Positions 58,906 to 64,000 of a stretch of DNA of 64,000 nt are shown here, piece after piece; position 1 is the stretch's first letter; the number at the start of each line of letters is the position of its first letter. The notes beneath the pieces are model-generated. The model was not told where the DNA came from. It ran no database searches and saw only the letters and a program-made list of their open reading frames with translations. Origin of the DNA: the human T2T-CHM13v2.0 reference genome, Homo sapiens; NCBI RefSeq assembly GCF_009914755.1, contig NC_060926.1. The stretch is one strand, 5' to 3'. Position numbers and translations under genes: made by a program.

Positions 58906-60823
58906 CACTGTTCTTAATCACCTCAGGGCATATCCTTGCCCTGGGCCCGTTAGCCCAGGCCTCACACAGTGTCAGCCCTCAGCACTCCCTTGCAGTAAAC
59001 CTCACCCTAACACAATCTTTCTCTTTTGAGCTATGCTCTTGTGTAAGAATCTAATCAATTCCTACGGTAAAAAACAGAACAGGTGCTGAGTTATGGTATG
59101 GTTTCTTATCACCCTTCATCATTAGTGCAAATTCTCAACAGTAAAAGACAGGCACCTGCATCTTGAACTGAGGGCACAAAACCACGGCTTAAAAACTAAC
59201 TCGCTGGCATGGTGACTCAAGGCCGTAATCCCAGCACTTCAGGGGCCCAGTCGGGTAGATCTCTTGAGCCTAGGAATTTGAGACAGGGCTGGGCAACACA
59301 GACCCTGTTTCTACAAAAATAAAAACAAAAAAACCAAACCAAAAAAAAAAAAGCCTCATTTATCATTTCACCAACCTTATGAGTTTCTATAGGGAATCCA
59401 TCTCTATGATTCTTAGAGATAAACTTTATTTATTTATTTTTTTGCTCTGTCACCCAGGCTCGTCGCGGTCTCAGCTCAGTGAAACCTCCGCTTCCTGGGT
59501 TGAAATGATTCTCCTGTCTCAGCCTCCTGAGTAGCTGGGATTACAGGCGCCCACCACACCCGGCTAATTTATTTATTTATTTATTTATTTATTTTTTGAG
59601 ACAGAGTTTCTCTCTTGTTGCCCAGGCTGGAGTGCAATGGCGCTATCTTGGCTCACTGCAACCTCCGCCTCCTGAGTTCAAGCGATTCTCCTGCCTCAGC
59701 CTTACCGAGTAGCTGGGATTACAGGCATGCGCCACCATGCCCGGCTAATTTTGTAATTTTAGTAGAGACCAGGTTTCTCCATGTTGGTCAGGCTGATCTT
59801 GAACTCCCAACCTCAGGTGATCTGCCCACCTCAGCCTCTCAAAGTGCTGGGATTACAGGTGTGAGCCACTGTGCCCAGCCACACACCCGGCTAATTTTTG
59901 TATTTTTGTATTTTTTTTTAGTAGAGACACAATTTCACCACATTGGCCAGGCTGGTCTCGAACTCTTGACTTCTAGTGATCCACCTGCCTTGACCTCCCA
60001 AAGTGCTGGGATTACAGGCGTCAGCCACCGCACCTGGCCAAGATAAACTTATTTATTTATTAAAACAAATTTTTTTAGGGTCTCACTGTGTTGCCCAGGC
60101 TGGTCTTGGACTCCTGGACTCAAGTGATCCACCCGCCTTGGCCTCCCAAAGTGCTGGGATTACAGGCACGAGCCACCGCGCTGGGCCAAGATAAATTTCT
60201 GTTGGGCTAGTGATGGTGCTACACCTTCTAGAATGGTACATGCTCACTAACATAACCCCGACAAAGAAATACATTTATACCATATTCTAGGACACACACA
60301 CAAACACACATACCATCACATTTACTGAAATATATTTTCCACTCTGGTTCATTTTTCTTCGAATGCTAGTCACAAAATTGACTTTCTGACCTTTTCGTGG
60401 GTTATAATCTATAGTTTAAAAAAGACTGCTTGGGTTCTGGGTTATTTTGTATTACCCAGAATTCTCACCTTTTGGTTTATGTGCAGATGTATTACTTTGA
60501 CCTCATGCATTCAATCAATAATAATATAAAAAGGTAGGAGATATTTTTAAAAACAATGAGATCTTCTAAAAGGGGATGGAGGGTCTCAGAGCTGGGGGTC
60601 TGAGAGCCAGGTGCCCAGCCCCGTTCTGAAACTGCTAGGCATTATACAAATAGTACCAAGTTGGTTTAATAAGATTCTTAACATATAGTTGTGTAATGGA
60701 GACTAAGGGAGGGTTTGCTTTTTATATTTTGTTTAAACTTTAAAAAAACTGTGTATTACTTCTATAATTAAAAAATAAAGATACTTCAACCACTCCCCAT
60801 CCCTGGTGGCTCTCCTCTACTTC

Positions 60824-62221
60824 AGAGGCCTACACTGCTATCTCCCTAAAAGCAGGCAATTTCTCCACCTGTGGGGAGCAGGTGGTGGGAAGGGATACTG
60901 AGGGACCTCAAGGGGCTTTTGCTTTCTTGTACGGTAAGAATATGAGAACCACATACTAACAGCTTCCTTGTGACCCCAAATAGCTCAGGGGTACGTGTAA
61001 AATACAAACATGCACTATTATTTTCAGTAATATTGGGTGACTAATTTTTTTCTTTTTTTTTTTTGAGACAGGTTCTCACTCTGTCACCCAGGCTGGAGTA
61101 CAGTGTTATGATCACAGCTCACTGTAGCCTTGGCCCTCCCTGGGTTCAAGCAATCCTCCCACCTCAGTTTCTCGAGTAGCTGGGACTACAGGCATGTGTC
61201 ACCACACCTGGCTAAATACTTTTCAGTAGAGACAAGGTCTCACTATGTTGCCCAGGCTGGTCTTCAATTCCTAAGCTCAAGCAATCCTCCTGACTCAGCC
61301 TCTAAAGTGCTGGGATTACAGGTATGAGCTACCGCACTGGCCAGGGTGATTAATTTTGATACATAAATTAAGTACATGCATTTGTTTTTATGTTTGGATT
61401 AACAAGCCTGTAATTTGGTGGTCAGCTTAATATCTCCAAAAATATAACAGAACCAGAAAGTATCATTTTTACCACTCTGTGTCTCAGTTGCACATTCAGG
61501 CAAGAGGACACCTTTCTGAAATAGATGGACAAGTTCCTTTTACACCTTCCTGCTTGGCCTTTGTCTTTGATCAGTCTGGAATTATTTTCAGAGACCTAGG
61601 CGGCCCATGAGTCAAGCAGGGTGGGGTGGAGGGAGACAACTTACGAGAAGTTCAGCATGGGCTGGCCCACGTGGGAGATGTGAACCTCCTCCAGGTACTG
61701 GAAGGGCTGCAGTGTGGGGTAGGTCCCGGCTCCAGGTGGGTCCGACAGCCAGGTGCCCAGCATCCAGGACAGTGGCTCCACCACTGGGTTCATCTTGGGG
61801 GGCTCTGAGGACAAAAGAATGAGACTATCAGTGGCCTCCCTCCAACCATGCCTTGCTGAGCTTTAAGCAGAATGCACGTTCCATATCGACGCTTGCTTCT
61901 GGTGGCCACAGCTAATCCTGGGGGACCTGTCAAGAGCGGGAGAAAATGGTCAAGCAACTGTAAATGTCATAGTGAAAGATCCAGCTTCAGAAGCCTCTGC
62001 AGTTCCTGCAGAGAAAAGAGATCCAACAGGGGCCAGGCAGGGCGCAAGCAAAGAGGCCTACACTGCTATCTCCCTAAAAGCAGGCAATTTCTCCACCTGT
62101 GGGGTGCAGGTGGTGGGAAGGGATACTGAGGGACCTCAAGGGGCTTTTGCTTTCTTGTACAGTTAAGAATATGAGAACCACATACTAACAGCTTCCTTGT
62201 GACCCCAAATAGCTCAGGGGT
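60824..62221. repeat. Dispersed direct repeat of about 170 bp (60824-60992 and 62052-62221)
   Basis: agaggcctacactgctatctccctaaaagcagg...atagctcaggggt occurs twice with about 3 differences. Confidence 0.95.
61645..61804 (-). CDS. THAP4: THAP4 coding exon starting the nitrobindin domain (EPPKMNPVVEPLSWMLGTW...GQPMLNFS); upstream exons lie outside the window
   Basis: Acceptor ttcttttgtcctcag|AG and donor TC|GTAAGT; 160 nt; LSWMLGTW motif; the four exons join in frame. Confidence 0.96.
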
Positions 62222-62985
62222 CCTCCATGTCCTACAGCAAGGCTGAAAGCAGCTCACACGGGAGGCACGGTGCCCTGGCGTGAAGAGTGTGTGAAGGAGA
62301 CAAAGAGCATCAGGGAGAAAATGAAAGGGGATGCAGGGTCTCGGAGCAGCCAGAGTGTGAGGGCCCAGGGGCAGGCGGGGTTTAAAAGGGAAGTAAGACC
62401 CCGCTTCCCTGAGGAGGGGCTGGGGCTTCACAGCAGCCTGTGTAGTGGCCAGGAGACCCCTTTAGAAGGTCTCCTGTGGGGTTCAGTCTCTCATCCCACT
62501 AAGTGTGAAGGATGACACCACAGGCCTGGAACTCAGAGGTGGGGGTGCAGTGACAGGACAGCAGGGAGGGGCCGCTGGGTTGGCTGTTCTGCTGGGCGAA
62601 CTCAAAGGGACCCCTGCTTCCTGCCTCGCTCAGCAAGGACTGGGTGCTCCCGAGCGGCTTTTCAGGATTCACTCACATGACCCTCACCCTGGCTGGATGC
62701 ACGGGCCCTGCTCTTACTCATTTTCTAAGGGAGACCTGTGCGGGGACCACAGGAAAGCCCCACTGCATGCTACCCATCAGGGGCGCTGGAAGAGAAGGAC
62801 TGATCCCCAGAGGCAATCCCAAAGACCTGCTTCCCAGGCCTGCTTAACCCTCAAGTCTCAGTGCTTCAATTGACAGAACGGACACTGACACCCAGGAGCA
62901 GCAGCAGGGACAGAAGCAGCTCTGTGGCCGCACAAGCCTCATCTACGGAGCCCAAAGATGCCCAAGCACAGAGACCGGCCTGCAC

Positions 62986-63378
62986 ATCAGGACTGACCCC
63001 CGGCGTCTCCTCCAGGCCCGCGCAAGCAGAAGACGGACTGACGGGGACAGGATCAGGACTGACCCCCAGTGTCTCCTCCAGGCCCGCGCAAGCAGAAGAC
63101 GGACTGACGGGGACAGGATCGGACTGATGCCCAGTGTCTCCTCCAGGCCCGCGCAAGCAGAAGACGGACTGATGGGGACAGGATTGGACTGACCCCCAGT
63201 GTCTCCTCCAGGCCCGCGCAAGCAGAAGACGGCTGACGGGGACAGGATCAGGACTGACCCCCGGCGTCTCCTCCAGGCCCGCAAAAGCAGAAGACAGACT
63301 GATGGGGACGGGATCAGGACTGACCCCCAGTGTCTCCTCCAGGCCCGCGCAAGCAGAAGACGGACTGACGGGGACAGG
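62986..63378. repeat. 66-bp minisatellite, 6 copies
   Basis: Unit atcaggactgacccccagtgtctcctccaggcccgcgcaagcagaagacggactgacggggacagg. Confidence 0.95.
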
Positions 63379-64000
63379 AGTTCTTGGAACCATCGCAGCT
63401 TCTGAAATTACACAACCTTTGGATTATAAATTCCAGGAAGTCTGGGAAAAGAAGATCGGGGGAAAGGAAAGCAAAGGCTCTGGGGGTGGAGGAGACCACG
63501 TCCAAGAACAGCTTGGAACCAAGGAGGGCCGCACATGTGGCCTGGCCCAGTGGCCGAGCCCTGGGGCCCAGAGTGAGAACCGAGGGTGGAGAGCAGGTAA
63601 TGAGCACTCTGCCTGCTGGCTGCACAGGGCAAACATAGGTGACCTGAAGCAGGAGAGTGGGAGAGTCCGCTCCTTTTCCAGACTGGCCTGTGGTCTTTCA
63701 GTATTTCCTTTTTTGTTTTTCTTAAATGATGATTTAAAAATTTTTTATATCAGTATTTCCTCCTCAGACTCCCGGTGAAAAGTGGGAAGGTGAGGATGGG
63801 AATATTTGGACTTCAATAAAACTTTCCTAATTAGACAATAAGAGAATTTTTAAATCAAGATTTTCGTTGCAATCTTTCACGGAGATAAGGAATAGAAGCT
63901 TCTGAATCCAATGTGTGGCCTCTGGAACGAGGCTTGTGATCTATCATAGCTGATCAATTCTTTCATCATTCAACGTGCTGGACACTCTTCCAGGGAGAAG

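Overview
This is human (primate) genomic DNA from the BOK / THAP4 locus, recognised from the encoded proteins; the distal 2q37.3 location is from prior knowledge. The + strand carries the complete BOK gene: a CpG-island promoter, non-coding exon 1, four coding exons joining to 639 nt (212 aa) and a PAS at 25998. The - strand carries the last four exons of THAP4 (nitrobindin domain; PAS at 36311-36316), convergent with BOK about 10 kb away. The rest is Alu, L1, MaLR/ERVL and DNA-transposon remnants, a tailless 5S rRNA retrocopy and at least eight GC-rich minisatellites. The most notable signals are minisatellites that multiply regulatory motifs inside transcripts. A 40-bp BOK 3'UTR array gives 18 miR-296-5p seed matches with two competing hairpins. 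A 76-bp array repeats the BOK exon-4 5' splice site 10 times. A 2.8-kb 39-bp THAP4 intronic array is rich in YCAY motifs. There is also a 152-bp inverted duplication in BOK intron 3 and a 170-bp direct duplication bracketing THAP4 exon 3. Exon boundaries were counted by hand to the base; most repeat boundaries and subfamily names are approximate and were assigned by eye.
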